From a virus (taxonomy: Duplodnaviria > Caudoviricetes): a DNA stretch of 64,000 bases. The DNA is taken from positions 1-64,000 of the IMG/VR virus record IMGVR_UViG_3300011480_000001. The stretch is one strand, 5' to 3'. Below the pieces are notes generated by a model. It did not search any database. It was not told the origin of the DNA and saw only the letters and a list, made by a program, of their open reading frames with translations. Below, in pieces: positions 55,159 to 63,897 of this stretch. The first letter of the stretch is position 1. Each line of letters begins with the position of its first letter. A program made the position numbers and the translations under genes.

Positions 55159-55543
55159 CTTCTCCGCATTTTTGCGAACGAAACATACCTCAAAGCCTTA
55201 TAAGATAAGGGTGTTAAAATCTTCTATACATATTAAAGTATAACTTAGAAATATTAACCACACTTCCTCTGAGAGAACATGCTTGTTTAGGTGTTCTCTT
55301 CTTGTGCTATCTAGAAAATATCCTAGTAGACTTTTCTGATTACTTATCAACTACCAGATCTACAGTCATAGGGCTTAACAACTCTACCACCCCACTAATA
55401 TCCTGTCAATACAATTTCAAAATATCCTTATTGTATATTTCTATCAGAACATTCCAATCAATAGCTTGTCTCTTAAACACATCAATTAAGAGTGTCTCTA
55501 TTAGAACTAATTGGTTAATAGAAGATAGCTATTAGTAGAGACG

Positions 55544-55568
55544 AAAGAAAGCCCTCTCAGTGAGGGCT
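55544..55568 (-). terminator. terminator ending the minus-strand early block
   Basis: AGCCCTC-ACTGA-GAGGGCT followed by TTCTTT. Confidence 0.75.
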
Positions 55569-55586
55569 AGTTTGGAATGGACTTAC

Positions 55587-55778
55587 TTAGAAAGTGTATT
55601 CAGAGATAGTCTTCATAGACTTCTCAAGGACATATTTACGATAAGCTGCTACTCGCTTATCAGAGGACTCTTCGCTATGCCATGCAGCAATGCACTGGTT
55701 AGCATAGGAGATTTTGTTTTCAATGTGAGCATCGACAATCTCACCAACAGCTTTAACCAGTTCGTTGAAGTTAGTCAT
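55587..55778 (-). CDS. early hypothetical protein
   Basis: Own promoter (55828-55856); GGAG RBS. Confidence 0.72.
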   Translation of the reverse strand: MTNFNELVKAVGEIVDAHIENKISYANQCIAAWHSEESSDKRVAAYRKYVLEKSMKTISEYTF

Positions 55779-56153
55779 TTTGAAGTCTCCGATTTGACTT
55801 GACTACATGTCTCGTCTTGATGGGTTCAGTATAAGAGAACTAGACAAGGCAGTCAAGAAGAAATGTAAGAAAGATTGATTAAAAGAATTTATCAGGTAAG
55901 AAGCTGTGATTAGTAGGTAATTTCAATGGATATTGATTAATTAATAGGTAAATTTACTGTTAAAGGGGTTGACTTTTAGGAGAGAATCTTGTTCGTGCTT
56001 AGCATCTACTAACGTATCTGCACGCAATCCGAACGTATAAATAGTGACTAAATACTCTTATCAAGTCACGTTGTAGACCTTACCAGGTAAGGCTTTCACT
56101 GTTTAGTTAGGTATTGATAAAGTGTTTGTTTAGTGAAGAATGGAAACAAGAAT

Positions 56154-56171
56154 GCCCGTCTAATGACGGGC
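56154..56171. terminator. hairpin/terminator
   Basis: GCCCGTC-TAAT-GACGGGC. Confidence 0.6.
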
Positions 56172-56196
56172 TATTAATTAAGTGTATTCTTGTTGG

Positions 56197-56499
56197 TTAG
56201 CCAGGGGTAAAAGCGTATTTATCCTCATATTCGCAGTAAAGAGAGCCTGTCTCTAGTACCTTACCAAACTCTTTTAGTAGGAAGTGGTTCACGTATTGGT
56301 TAACCTTTGAGCCGTAGGGGTTACGGTAGTAATAATCTTTAGTCAAGCTTTTAGACCTAAGTTGCATTTGCTTGATTTGGTCAAGTCTTTTCTCATACTG
56401 ATGGACACCGTTATCATCGAGGAAGATTTGATTTCTCTTCCCCTTCAGGTAGTCCTGAACAAGCATGTAGTTAGGAATCTCAGGAAGAGAGTGCATCAT
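56197..56499 (-). CDS. early hypothetical protein
   Basis: ATGA coupling, GGGAG RBS. Confidence 0.68.
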   Translation of the reverse strand: MMHSLPEIPNYMLVQDYLKGKRNQIFLDDNGVHQYEKRLDQIKQMQLRSKSLTKDYYYRNPYGSKVNQYVNHFLLKEFGKVLETGSLYCEYEDKYAFTPG

Positions 56500-56684
56500 G
56501 CTACACGCTCCCAAGCTTGGCCGTTATCTACAAAGAAACGGATTTCACCAGTTAACTCGTTAAGAACGCGGATATTCTCCCACTTACCGTAGACACGAGA
56601 AACGAAGTCTACATATTCGTCTTTGCTCAGACGTTCGCAGTTAGTGAGTTGACCGTTGGAAAGGACTTTATGGCAAGTGTACAT
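56496..56684 (-). CDS. early hypothetical protein
   Basis: Promoter and GGAG RBS. Confidence 0.7.
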   Translation of the reverse strand: MYTCHKVLSNGQLTNCERLSKDEYVDFVSRVYGKWENIRVLNELTGEIRFFVDNGQAWERVA

Positions 56685-56744
56685 GGTTGAATCTCCGATC
56701 AGTCTAGGCTTTTTGCCTTTCGATGGGATTGATTTTACAGACGA

Positions 56745-56957
56745 TCATCTACCTTGTAAAGCATTATTTTCACATTCTTTGCAAATAACATCTCGCCATA
56801 CGCCGTCGTATCCTGGTTTCAACGTATAGCCTTTATCATGACAAGCATCGCAGTTAGGTTCTATACCTGTGCCTTCACAGGCCGAGCAGCCGTAGGTATG
56901 ATCGTCAAACTCTTTAAATCCCCAACCTTTACAGTCGGTGCATTGATTATTTTTCAT
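56745..56957 (-). CDS. DnaJ-type Zn-finger (CxxCxGxG) protein
   Basis: CTDCKGWG, CSACEGTG, CDACHDKG, CKEC. Confidence 0.7.
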   Translation of the reverse strand: MKNNQCTDCKGWGFKEFDDHTYGCSACEGTGIEPNCDACHDKGYTLKPGYDGVWRDVICKECENNALQGR

Positions 56958-56975
56958 AAAACATTTTCCTTAGTC

Positions 56976-57170
56976 TTAATCCTTCTTCACCCACCTTACA
57001 AAGGTGAGCCAAGTGTTGTGTTGGTCATTGCCTTTCTCATCAGCCCAAGTCTGACAAAAGTCTGCTTTGTACTCATCACCATACATCCAGAATTCAGACA
57101 TTGTTCCGAGTTCGCGTTCTACCATTTCACCGGTCAGTTCGTCTTTGAAGGTAGCAATGATCGAGTACAT
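56976..57170 (-). CDS. early hypothetical protein
   Basis: Start moved to MYSII (AAGGA RBS, downstream of promoter). Confidence 0.68.
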   Translation of the reverse strand: MYSIIATFKDELTGEMVERELGTMSEFWMYGDEYKADFCQTWADEKGNDQHNTWLTFVRWVKKD

Positions 57171-57257
57171 GATGTAATCCTTTTGGTTTAACTGATAGCT
57201 TTTCTCTCTTTCTGTGTATAATTCTAGCAGACTGAGCCTATAGGTCAAGCACTATTT

Positions 57258-57473
57258 TCAATTATTTCGGTATAAGCGAGGTTTTCCATACTCATCTTTC
57301 AATACATGGCTATGGAGATTTCTAACGTTCCACTGTGCAACAACAAGATCTAAGTCTTGACTTGACTTTGTTTTATAACCACAATTTTCACATTCTGCTA
57401 AATAACCTGAGTCGGTTTCAAATCCCACAGTAGCGCACCCGCCACAATCACAATGAGGAAGACTTTCTGACAT
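57258..57473 (-). CDS. Lar (restriction alleviation)-like Zn-finger protein
   Basis: LPHCDCGG...CENCG...AQWNVR pattern. Confidence 0.55.
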   Translation of the reverse strand: MSESLPHCDCGGCATVGFETDSGYLAECENCGYKTKSSQDLDLVVAQWNVRNLHSHVLKDEYGKPRLYRNN

Positions 57474-57506
57474 TTTCTGTATCTCCTTGTAAGTTTGAAT
57501 AATTTT

Positions 57507-57743
57507 CTAATATTCATCAACAACACACTTAAAGCTAGCCTCTAGAATCTCCCCTTCCATAGCCACCGCTTTATAACGCTCTACAGCATCTTTATACATC
57601 TGATCATAGCTCTCATTCTTACTGTCTTGATATTCTTCATACATGCGCTCGATACAATCCTGGTTAGACAGATCAGAGTCAATGACATATTCCTCACTTT
57701 GTACATGAGTAGAAAAGGTAAGGATGAGGGCATAAGTGATCAT
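57507..57743 (-). CDS. early hypothetical protein
   Basis: GGAG RBS before MITYA. Confidence 0.65.
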   Translation of the reverse strand: MITYALILTFSTHVQSEEYVIDSDLSNQDCIERMYEEYQDSKNESYDQMYKDAVERYKAVAMEGEILEASFKCVVDEY

Positions 57744-57775
57744 ACTATTATCTCCAATAATGTAGTACTTGGTTT

Positions 57776-57964
57776 TCAGATAACTTTTACAGAATCCTTG
57801 ATTTGTTTTGCATAGCTTTCCCATACCATACGATCAGAGATGCTGTTCTTGTAGAACTCTACTTTAGCCATTGCTTCGTCAAGAAGCTTTTGATTCTTAG
57901 CATTAACAGCTTTGACAGTGTTGTTCGAAGCTTTGAATTTGATCATTTCGATAATGGATTTCAT
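57776..57964 (-). CDS. early hypothetical protein
   Basis: Promoter and AGGA RBS. Confidence 0.68.
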   Translation of the reverse strand: MKSIIEMIKFKASNNTVKAVNAKNQKLLDEAMAKVEFYKNSISDRMVWESYAKQIKDSVKVI

Positions 57965-58071
57965 TTGTAAGCTTCCTGTGTTTTATTGTTTGCTTCTGAT
58001 ACGTGTAAGCTTAGTGGAAAGCTCTCTGTGTGTCAAGGATTATTTGAGAGCTTTCTGTAAATTTACTTACC

Positions 58072-58302
58072 TTAGTATGGTCCGTAATAGTCGTTCCACC
58101 GTTTGACATACTCCCAGGCAAGCCACTCCTCCATGCTTAACAGTTGGCAAGCAGAAAGAAGGCTCAGATCACCCTCCAAGACAACATAGTCGGCAATACC
58201 AATGTATTCCTCATCAGAATCCACCAGGCGATCTACCTTGAGAACAAAGGTTTCAGCTACGCCGGAAGCATCAAAAGCATCGTATGTAAAGATATTATTC
58301 AT
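58072..58302 (-). CDS. early hypothetical protein (acidic)
   Basis: GGA RBS; in block. Confidence 0.62.
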   Translation of the reverse strand: MNNIFTYDAFDASGVAETFVLKVDRLVDSDEEYIGIADYVVLEGDLSLLSACQLLSMEEWLAWEYVKRWNDYYGPY

Positions 58303-58342
58303 GTTGTTTATCCGGTAGATAACGTTGTGTGTTTCGTTGTTT

Positions 58343-58360
58343 GGGGGCTTTAAGCCCCCC
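58343..58360. terminator. palindromic hairpin
   Basis: GGGGGCTT-T-AAGCCCCC. Confidence 0.55.
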
Positions 58361-58368
58361 TTGTTTGA

Positions 58369-58557
58369 TTACTTAGCAAGGATAAATCTATAACGATCAT
58401 GTGTTTTGATCCAATCCCATGCTACACCATCAATAATAACTGTACCCAATGGAAGGCCAACCAGACCGTCCTTTTCGACTTTTAACGGCTTATTGAAAGC
58501 CAAATCAATAGCTTCATCAAGGCAGAATACAACCATATCAGAACGAAGAATTTCCAT
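58369..58557 (-). CDS. early hypothetical protein
   Basis: Promoter and AAGGAGAG RBS. Confidence 0.7.
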   Translation of the reverse strand: MEILRSDMVVFCLDEAIDLAFNKPLKVEKDGLVGLPLGTVIIDGVAWDWIKTHDRYRFILAK

Positions 58558-58622
58558 TGTGTCTCTCCTTAAAGGTTTATTTCGTTTCGTTGGTGTAATT
58601 CTAGGTTCTTATAGTGCTTGTG

Positions 58623-58958
58623 TCAAGCTTTATTTTCAAGAATTCTTAAGATTTCTCCAAAAGCTTTATGGCTGATCCCCTCTTGTAGAGGCTTATTCCA
58701 ACGGTCATATATCGGCAATTGAGGCACTGAAGAAAGTTCCTGACATTTCTGATACATCTCCTGAGCGCTGTCAAAACTAGCTTTAAAGCAGATGCTGATC
58801 TTCTGGAACGTCCACCATGCCTGGTATGTGCCAGATGTTGCACAATGGCTTGTGTGTAGTGATTCAACAGGCAATACTTTACAAGCCTCTAGACAATCTT
58901 GTAGCTCGTTCTGGCGGTAATAGTGCTTTCCACTGAAAACCATCTCTTCAATAAACAT
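58623..58958 (-). CDS. early hypothetical protein
   Basis: AGGA RBS. Confidence 0.68.
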   Translation of the reverse strand: MFIEEMVFSGKHYYRQNELQDCLEACKVLPVESLHTSHCATSGTYQAWWTFQKISICFKASFDSAQEMYQKCQELSSVPQLPIYDRWNKPLQEGISHKAFGEILRILENKA

Positions 58959-58964
58959 GTTTAA

Positions 58965-59234
58965 TTATTCCTGGTTGTCAAAGGCTTTGAACATCTTTTT
59001 ACACATTGATTGGAAATTACCATCGAGGGGTTGACAATCAGCTGTCTCGCAAGAATTCCATTGCATAAGCTCATCCTTAAGATAAGAGTATGTAAATGTC
59101 TTTTCTTGTTTTAATTCTTGGCTATATGCCTGGATGAATAACCCACGACCAAAGCCCATGATAACAAAATTAATTGTAATCACTTCCCATGTGTCGCCAA
59201 GATCATCTTCAAAGTGCGGCATGTAATTGAACAT
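58965..59234 (-). CDS. early hypothetical protein
   Basis: AAGGAG RBS. Confidence 0.7.
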   Translation of the reverse strand: MFNYMPHFEDDLGDTWEVITINFVIMGFGRGLFIQAYSQELKQEKTFTYSYLKDELMQWNSCETADCQPLDGNFQSMCKKMFKAFDNQE

Positions 59235-59415
59235 GGTGTTTCTCCTTAATTAATCTTCAAATGGTATCAAACCGAATTGGCGTATACACAGCATAATCTT
59301 CGCTAAGGCTTGTAAACACTTTATTGTATTTAGCTTGCCAATGAGGGACAGTCAACACAACGTCAACGTCCATAAGCTTTGTGTGTATGAAGACAAGAAG
59401 AGATTTCATCTTATG

Positions 59416-59586
59416 TCAAATCCCGAAACGATGAGTCAGAATGCTATCACGAGCTTTGGGAGTCATTTTGTTGCCATAGCGATGAGATTCACGGATAGCT
59501 GCATGGGCACGTTCTGCATCAGATAAAGAGATTTTGTTATCACGGAATGCTTGTTGAATTCGTGCATCCAGTTGAGTCATGTTCAT
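59416..59586 (-). CDS. early hypothetical protein (56 aa, below ORF-track cutoff)
   Basis: Promoter 59626-59654, AGGAG RBS, MNMTQLDARIQQAF... Confidence 0.65.
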   Translation of the reverse strand: MNMTQLDARIQQAFRDNKISLSDAERAHAAIRESHRYGNKMTPKARDSILTHRFGI

Positions 59587-59697
59587 AATCTTTCTCCTAA
59601 GGGGTTTGTCTTACTTTGTGTGTTCATTATGGACTCAAGGATGAGTCGTGTCAAAGACTTTTTGTGTAAAATTGGTAATTTATTTTTGAAATTTGTA

Positions 59698-59726
59698 TTG
59701 ACAGGGCGGTTATATCTTGCCATAAT
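59698..59726 (+). promoter_or_regulatory. counter-oriented sigma70 promoter
   Basis: TTGACA-17-CATAAT with TGn and AT-rich upstream element. Confidence 0.7.
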
Positions 59727-59732
59727 GATCGC

Positions 59733-59830
59733 ACAAGGCGAGGATAGTGGCTCGGAGACAAACACCTATCTCGTCTATAGGAAAGCATAAGGGCATAAAA
59801 GAAAAGAGCCTTTCGGCTCCTCTCCTTATT
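59733..59830 (+). ncRNA. candidate small RNA
   Basis: Follows the + promoter, no RBS-supported ORF; stem GGCGAG-GAUAG/CUAUC-UCGUC and GAGCC-UUUC-GGCUC. Confidence 0.45.
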
Positions 59831-59877
59831 GCGTCTTTAGAAATCACTATTGTCGTACTGGGCTTTGGTTGCTTACA

Positions 59878-60057
59878 TCAGAATTCAGTATCAGGACATT
59901 TAAGTATCCACTCCTTAACGATGCTGCGCATCTCTTCTTCTGTATAGTCGCCGCTGAGAAAGCGCTGTTCATCGAAGCTTTCGTACAACGTCATATCGTC
60001 TTCAAAGAGTACGGCATTGGTAAGTTCGTCTTTGTTCATATCTTCAACTGCTTTCAT
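59878..60057 (-). CDS. early acidic hypothetical protein
   Basis: Start moved to MKAVE (GGAG RBS, downstream of promoter). Confidence 0.68.
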   Translation of the reverse strand: MKAVEDMNKDELTNAVLFEDDMTLYESFDEQRFLSGDYTEEEMRSIVKEWILKCPDTEF

Positions 60058-60121
60058 GGTGGTCGCTCCGTTTCTGTTTGGTATGGGTGTAGTATAAACC
60101 AATCGAACTCAGTGTCAAGCT

Positions 60122-60289
60122 TTATTTGTAAGAAAGCTTCCCGCCTTTAAACATAGCTTTATGGCGTTCATCTTGCAGTTTCTCGGATTTATGGGCGAAG
60201 TATGCCACGATTGCAAAGCCCACTGGGATCGACATAGTAACCAGAGCCAGTACCAATTTGAGCAGGAGGATGGAGGTCAAGAAGGACAT
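60122..60289 (-). CDS. early small membrane protein (55 aa)
   Basis: Promoter 60326-60354, GGAG RBS, MSFLTSILLLKLVLALVTMSIPVGFAIVAYF... Confidence 0.65.
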   Translation of the reverse strand: MSFLTSILLLKLVLALVTMSIPVGFAIVAYFAHKSEKLQDERHKAMFKGGKLSYK

Positions 60290-60501
60290 TTGTGTTACTC
60301 CGTGGTGTTTGCTTTGTATGGGTTCATTCTACAAAGAATGACACATGCTGTCTACACAAAGATTTCTATCGGGTACTCACGCTTAATAGATTTTACCTAA
60401 TTCCAAATAGCGCCCACAGGCTGCCTCTAGAGTGGCTCCGTAAAATGAGTATAGTAGCCATTAATCGGAAGAGTCAAGCAATTCTTTAGATTTTCTTCTG
60501 G

Positions 60502-60529
60502 CATAAAGAAAGCGCCCGAAGGCGCTCTT
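60502..60529 (-). terminator. terminator, repeat copy 1
   Basis: AGCGCC-TTCG-GGCGCT-TTCTTT; 27/28 identical to 61288-61315. Confidence 0.8.
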
Positions 60530-60545
60530 AAGTAGCGATATGGTT

Positions 60546-60734
60546 TTACTCGGCTAACCCTGCTTCGATAATAGCCTGACGCATTGCATGACGTTTCATC
60601 ACTACGTCAATACTTTCGGATGCCCTGGCACCAACAATCTTGCGCAATTCCATGTGTTGCTGCATGGTGCGGTACTGAGCCTTGATTGTTTTCAGGTTAG
60701 CTTCGGCTTTAGTGTTCAGTTCTTGGCGAGTCAT
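60546..60734 (-). CDS. early basic hypothetical protein
   Basis: Start moved to MTRQE (AGGA RBS). Confidence 0.68.
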   Translation of the reverse strand: MTRQELNTKAEANLKTIKAQYRTMQQHMELRKIVGARASESIDVVMKRHAMRQAIIEAGLAE

Positions 60735-60813
60735 GGCTGTTTTCCTGTGACAGTTGTTTTGCTTCGTTGATGTAATTATCATCCGAAACGAATACTTGTG
60801 CAAGCTTTTTCTT

Positions 60814-60962
60814 CAATTCTTTTTGGTTACAATCTCAGCCTTAGCTTCAACAGGATAACCAAGACGTTCTAGTAGCATCAAGACGGCACTATAGTTCATG
60901 AAGCTAGCTACCTTCTCAGTGCCGATTATTTTACCTTCGTGGATGATTTTGTAAGTTTTCAT
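60814..60962 (-). CDS. early hypothetical protein (~48 aa)
   Basis: Promoter 61009-61037, GGAG RBS, MKTYKIIHEGKIIG...; end coordinate approximate. Confidence 0.55.
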
Positions 60963-61011
60963 GTCTTATCTCCAGTTTGTCAGGACATTTTGTCCTTTCT
61001 TGAGGCTAATT

Positions 61012-61275
61012 TTAGAGTGGAGCGGATGTGTTGTCAAGCATCTTTTTAGCTTTTCTTTTCTCTATTTTCTCTTTGATCCGAAGCTTCGCCTCTTCTCGTT
61101 GCTGCCCTTGAGATGGGAGCATTAGACGTAGTGACAGGAACTCTGTGGCCTCTTCCTGGGTCATCCACAGGATACCAGCATATTGCAGATGTGGATTGTG
61201 CGGCGCTTGATTCATTCGAGATTCAGACAAGGCGCCTAATTCATCCATTCTTGCAATTATTTCTTGTTGTGTCAT
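61012..61275 (-). CDS. early hypothetical protein
   Basis: Start moved to MTQQE, downstream of the terminator. Confidence 0.62.
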   Translation of the reverse strand: MTQQEIIARMDELGALSESRMNQAPHNPHLQYAGILWMTQEEATEFLSLRLMLPSQGQQREEAKLRIKEKIEKRKAKKMLDNTSAPL

Positions 61276-61287
61276 TTTCTCAATTCT

Positions 61288-61315
61288 CATAAAGAAAGCG
61301 CCCGGAGGCGCTCTT
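61288..61315 (-). terminator. terminator, repeat copy 2
   Basis: AGCGCC-TCCG-GGCGCT-TTCTTT. Confidence 0.8.
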
Positions 61316-61327
61316 GTTAAACTGTGT

Positions 61328-61555
61328 TTACTTCCAAAGACGACCTGCATTAGCCTCGTCTGCACAATGTTGAGCAGCCTTAACCATAAGCTTGGCCACT
61401 TGCTCAATTACTTTAGGCACTTCCATCTCAAAGGCTTTACGAGCCAAGTTAACAGACTGACCATTTGCTTTGGCTACTACTTGCAAGGCATCTTCAAGGG
61501 CGATCTTAACGAAAGCTGGCGAGGACATGAAAGCTTGAGCGGTGTAGTTGGTCAT
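61328..61555 (-). CDS. early hypothetical protein
   Basis: Own promoter 61604-61632. Confidence 0.7.
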   Translation of the reverse strand: MTNYTAQAFMSSPAFVKIALEDALQVVAKANGQSVNLARKAFEMEVPKVIEQVAKLMVKAAQHCADEANAGRLWK

Positions 61556-61606
61556 GATCTTTTCTCTTGGTTGCGGGTAGCTGTTTGCTTCCCTATGGCT
61601 GACATT

Positions 61607-61789
61607 CTAAGCTTCCTCATTCTCTGTGTCAACGCCTTTTTGCAAAAATTCTAGTAATTCCTCTTCACTGGTGTCTGTGTGGTCATGCCAATCTCGATAT
61701 AACACTTTGTGTTCAATAGGGTGAATCCACCTGGCGCATTGCTTATCTGGACTGATGCAGAATCGAAATCCTTGCTCTCTCAGGCTCAT
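61607..61789 (-). CDS. early hypothetical protein
   Basis: GGAG/GAGG RBS. Confidence 0.65.
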   Translation of the reverse strand: MSLREQGFRFCISPDKQCARWIHPIEHKVLYRDWHDHTDTSEEELLEFLQKGVDTENEEA

Positions 61790-61792
61790 TCC

Positions 61793-62083
61793 TCAATCTC
61801 CATAGAATCCGCTGTAGTCTACTAAAGGCTGTTTCCTACTTTCCCAAACATCTTCACTACTGAGATTACTAAATCCATATTCTGTATCAACTTTCTCATA
61901 CCCAAAAGAAGACCACTTATACAAACGTTCTGTCTTCCTGTCATATCTATAGCATGAATCAGAATTAGAGAGCCATACAGTATTGCTTTCGATGTATGAG
62001 ATTGTTAATAGAATGTAGTTGTACTGATCTAAAAAGAGTCGGTATTGTTCGCCTTCTTTAAAGTTTTTCATTGTTTTCAGCAT
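61793..62083 (-). CDS. early hypothetical protein
   Basis: In block; start uncertain. Confidence 0.62.
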   Translation of the reverse strand: MLKTMKNFKEGEQYRLFLDQYNYILLTISYIESNTVWLSNSDSCYRYDRKTERLYKWSSFGYEKVDTEYGFSNLSSEDVWESRKQPLVDYSGFYGD

Positions 62084-62273
62084 CCTTCATAATTTCTCTT
62101 ACACACCTTGCAGCAGCTTGATAGCTAATGGTGCCTTCAATGTGTCGAGACAAAACAGAGGCTTCAATAGGATCTACACTTTCAAACAAAGGTTTGACAA
62201 GTTTTTCAATCTCATAGATCAAATCATTGATTTCTTTTGATTCAATACGACCATATTTATCTAGATGCTTCAT
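62058..62273 (-). CDS. early hypothetical protein
   Basis: GGGAG RBS before MKHLD. Confidence 0.65.
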   Translation of the reverse strand: MKHLDKYGRIESKEINDLIYEIEKLVKPLFESVDPIEASVLSRHIEGTISYQAAARCVREIMKDAENNEKL

Positions 62274-62452
62274 CACACACTCTCCCAAGCTATACGTTTA
62301 AAACCCCTTACAACATTATTCTTACGCTTATTTGTCTTTTTAGGGTTAGACACTTCTTCTTGTTTCTGTTTAGCCGAACGTTTAATAGCTTCAAAAGAGA
62401 TGTGTGCTTCATTCATGTTGTGAAGAGATGTATAGTTGATTTTCATTTATTT

Positions 62453-62812
62453 TTACTCAGTAACCTTTTTAATAGCTTCAATAACAGCACATTGAATCTG
62501 TGCTTTAAGTTGGACTTCACCACCTCGCCAGTCTGCATCTAGAATGTACATAATCCTTTTCATGCAGTCTAAGGCAACTTGGTCAGTATTAGGCGCTGTA
62601 TTTGCCACTCGCTTCTCAATCATTTTCCAAACCTTTTCATATTCAGGCCAATCAGATTCTACAACAACACAATCTACAAACGCATGCCCAGCCAACTTCT
62701 CAATTTCAGCCTCGACAGAATAGCCCACGAAAGCGCCTGTGTATGGTTTCTTCTGTGCTAGCTTTGAAAGCTTAATTACAATGTAGCGTTGTTCTTTATT
62801 AAAGTTGCTCAT
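62453..62812 (-). CDS. early hypothetical protein, paralog of 52790-52984
   Basis: Start moved to MSNFN (GGAG RBS); DCVVVESDWPEYEKVW. Confidence 0.75.
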   Translation of the reverse strand: MSNFNKEQRYIVIKLSKLAQKKPYTGAFVGYSVEAEIEKLAGHAFVDCVVVESDWPEYEKVWKMIEKRVANTAPNTDQVALDCMKRIMYILDADWRGGEVQLKAQIQCAVIEAIKKVTE

Positions 62813-62966
62813 TCTCAATTCTCCACAATACGAGAGCTTGTGTAAACACAAGCAAGCCACACGCCATTTTCCCGCCAAAGCTTGTAGCTCTGTTTTATGT
62901 TGCTTGCTTCTGCAAGCTGTTGCCAAGTTTGAATGTTTTGTAATGCTATGTCAAGAGAATTCATGA

Positions 62967-63242
62967 TTATTCTTCCTCTGGATACAAATCATATTTCTTG
63001 CAAATCTCGTCAATGTCTAGACGACCTTTGAATGTCTGAATCATACCATCATAAACAAATGATTGAAACAGATATTTCTGCCCTTTTACAATCTTCCAGC
63101 CATCTTGCTGGGCAGACTCAATAACTTTCCATTCATCTGGCGTTACATCTTGTTCACCATAGTTTGATCTATCCCACCAGTAGCAGGCGTCACAACGATG
63201 TTCTTTATTTGCTTTTCGGATTTGTTCAATAAGGATTTGCAT
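62967..63242 (-). CDS. early hypothetical protein
   Basis: RKANKEHRCDAC...IVKGQKY motif. Confidence 0.7.
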   Translation of the reverse strand: MQILIEQIRKANKEHRCDACYWWDRSNYGEQDVTPDEWKVIESAQQDGWKIVKGQKYLFQSFVYDGMIQTFKGRLDIDEICKKYDLYPEEE

Positions 63243-63270
63243 AGTGCTCTCTCAGAAAATAAGTTTTACT

Positions 63271-63897
63271 TTAAAACACAAGTTTCGCCGCTGTTAAAGC
63301 TATTGTGCTGCAAACCACGAAGTATGTAAATTGATGATTATTAATCCAATCTGCCACTTTCGATAGCTTTGATCTATCACAAGAGATAGCAGGCTTTTTA
63401 GCTGCTTTAAAACGATTTCCCTCTGTAGCAATACGTTTGCTTGTCTTAAAGCTTTTCTCGCTTTTTACATGTGTTTTTCCCAAAGAAATAGCTTCTTCCT
63501 CTTCGATTTCAAATGGAGCGCGTACAGATTTTGCTTTAGCTAATAGAGCTTCAGCTCTTGAGCGCTTATTTGCAAGGACAGAAAGGAGCATAGAATACTC
63601 ATCAATGTCAATGTTTCCAGCTTTGTACTCAGCTACCAAGTCTCTCATTTGATTTGTAAGCGTAGTGACACGGCGTTGCTGTGGTAGAATCCGATCTTGG
63701 ATGCTGACAGAGGATTTCTTCTTAGGTTTACGGGCTTCGATAGCTTCATCACTGAAACCTTGAAAGTTCGGTTTACCATTACGATCAAAAGTAGGAACTT
63801 CGGTAGAAGTTGCGTTTCTTCCTCCTGCCTGTTGTCCATTGTATTCAGGTTCATTCTCATGGCTTCCTACCCATGTTTGGATTGCATAATAGCGCAT
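63271..63897 (-). CDS. early basic protein with C-terminal hydrophobic anchor
   Basis: Own promoter; AGGGGA RBS. Confidence 0.7.
   Translation of the reverse strand: MRYYAIQTWVGSHENEPEYNGQQAGGRNATSTEVPTFDRNGKPNFQGFSDEAIEARKPKKKSSVSIQDRILPQQRRVTTLTNQMRDLVAEYKAGNIDIDEYSMLLSVLANKRSRAEALLAKAKSVRAPFEIEEEEAISLGKTHVKSEKSFKTSKRIATEGNRFKAAKKPAISCDRSKLSKVADWINNHQFTYFVVCSTIALTAAKLVF

Noticed and set aside
55302-55535. 77-aa + ORF in the convergence gap
   Set aside because: TTG start without RBS and AT-rich low-information translation; treated as non-coding.
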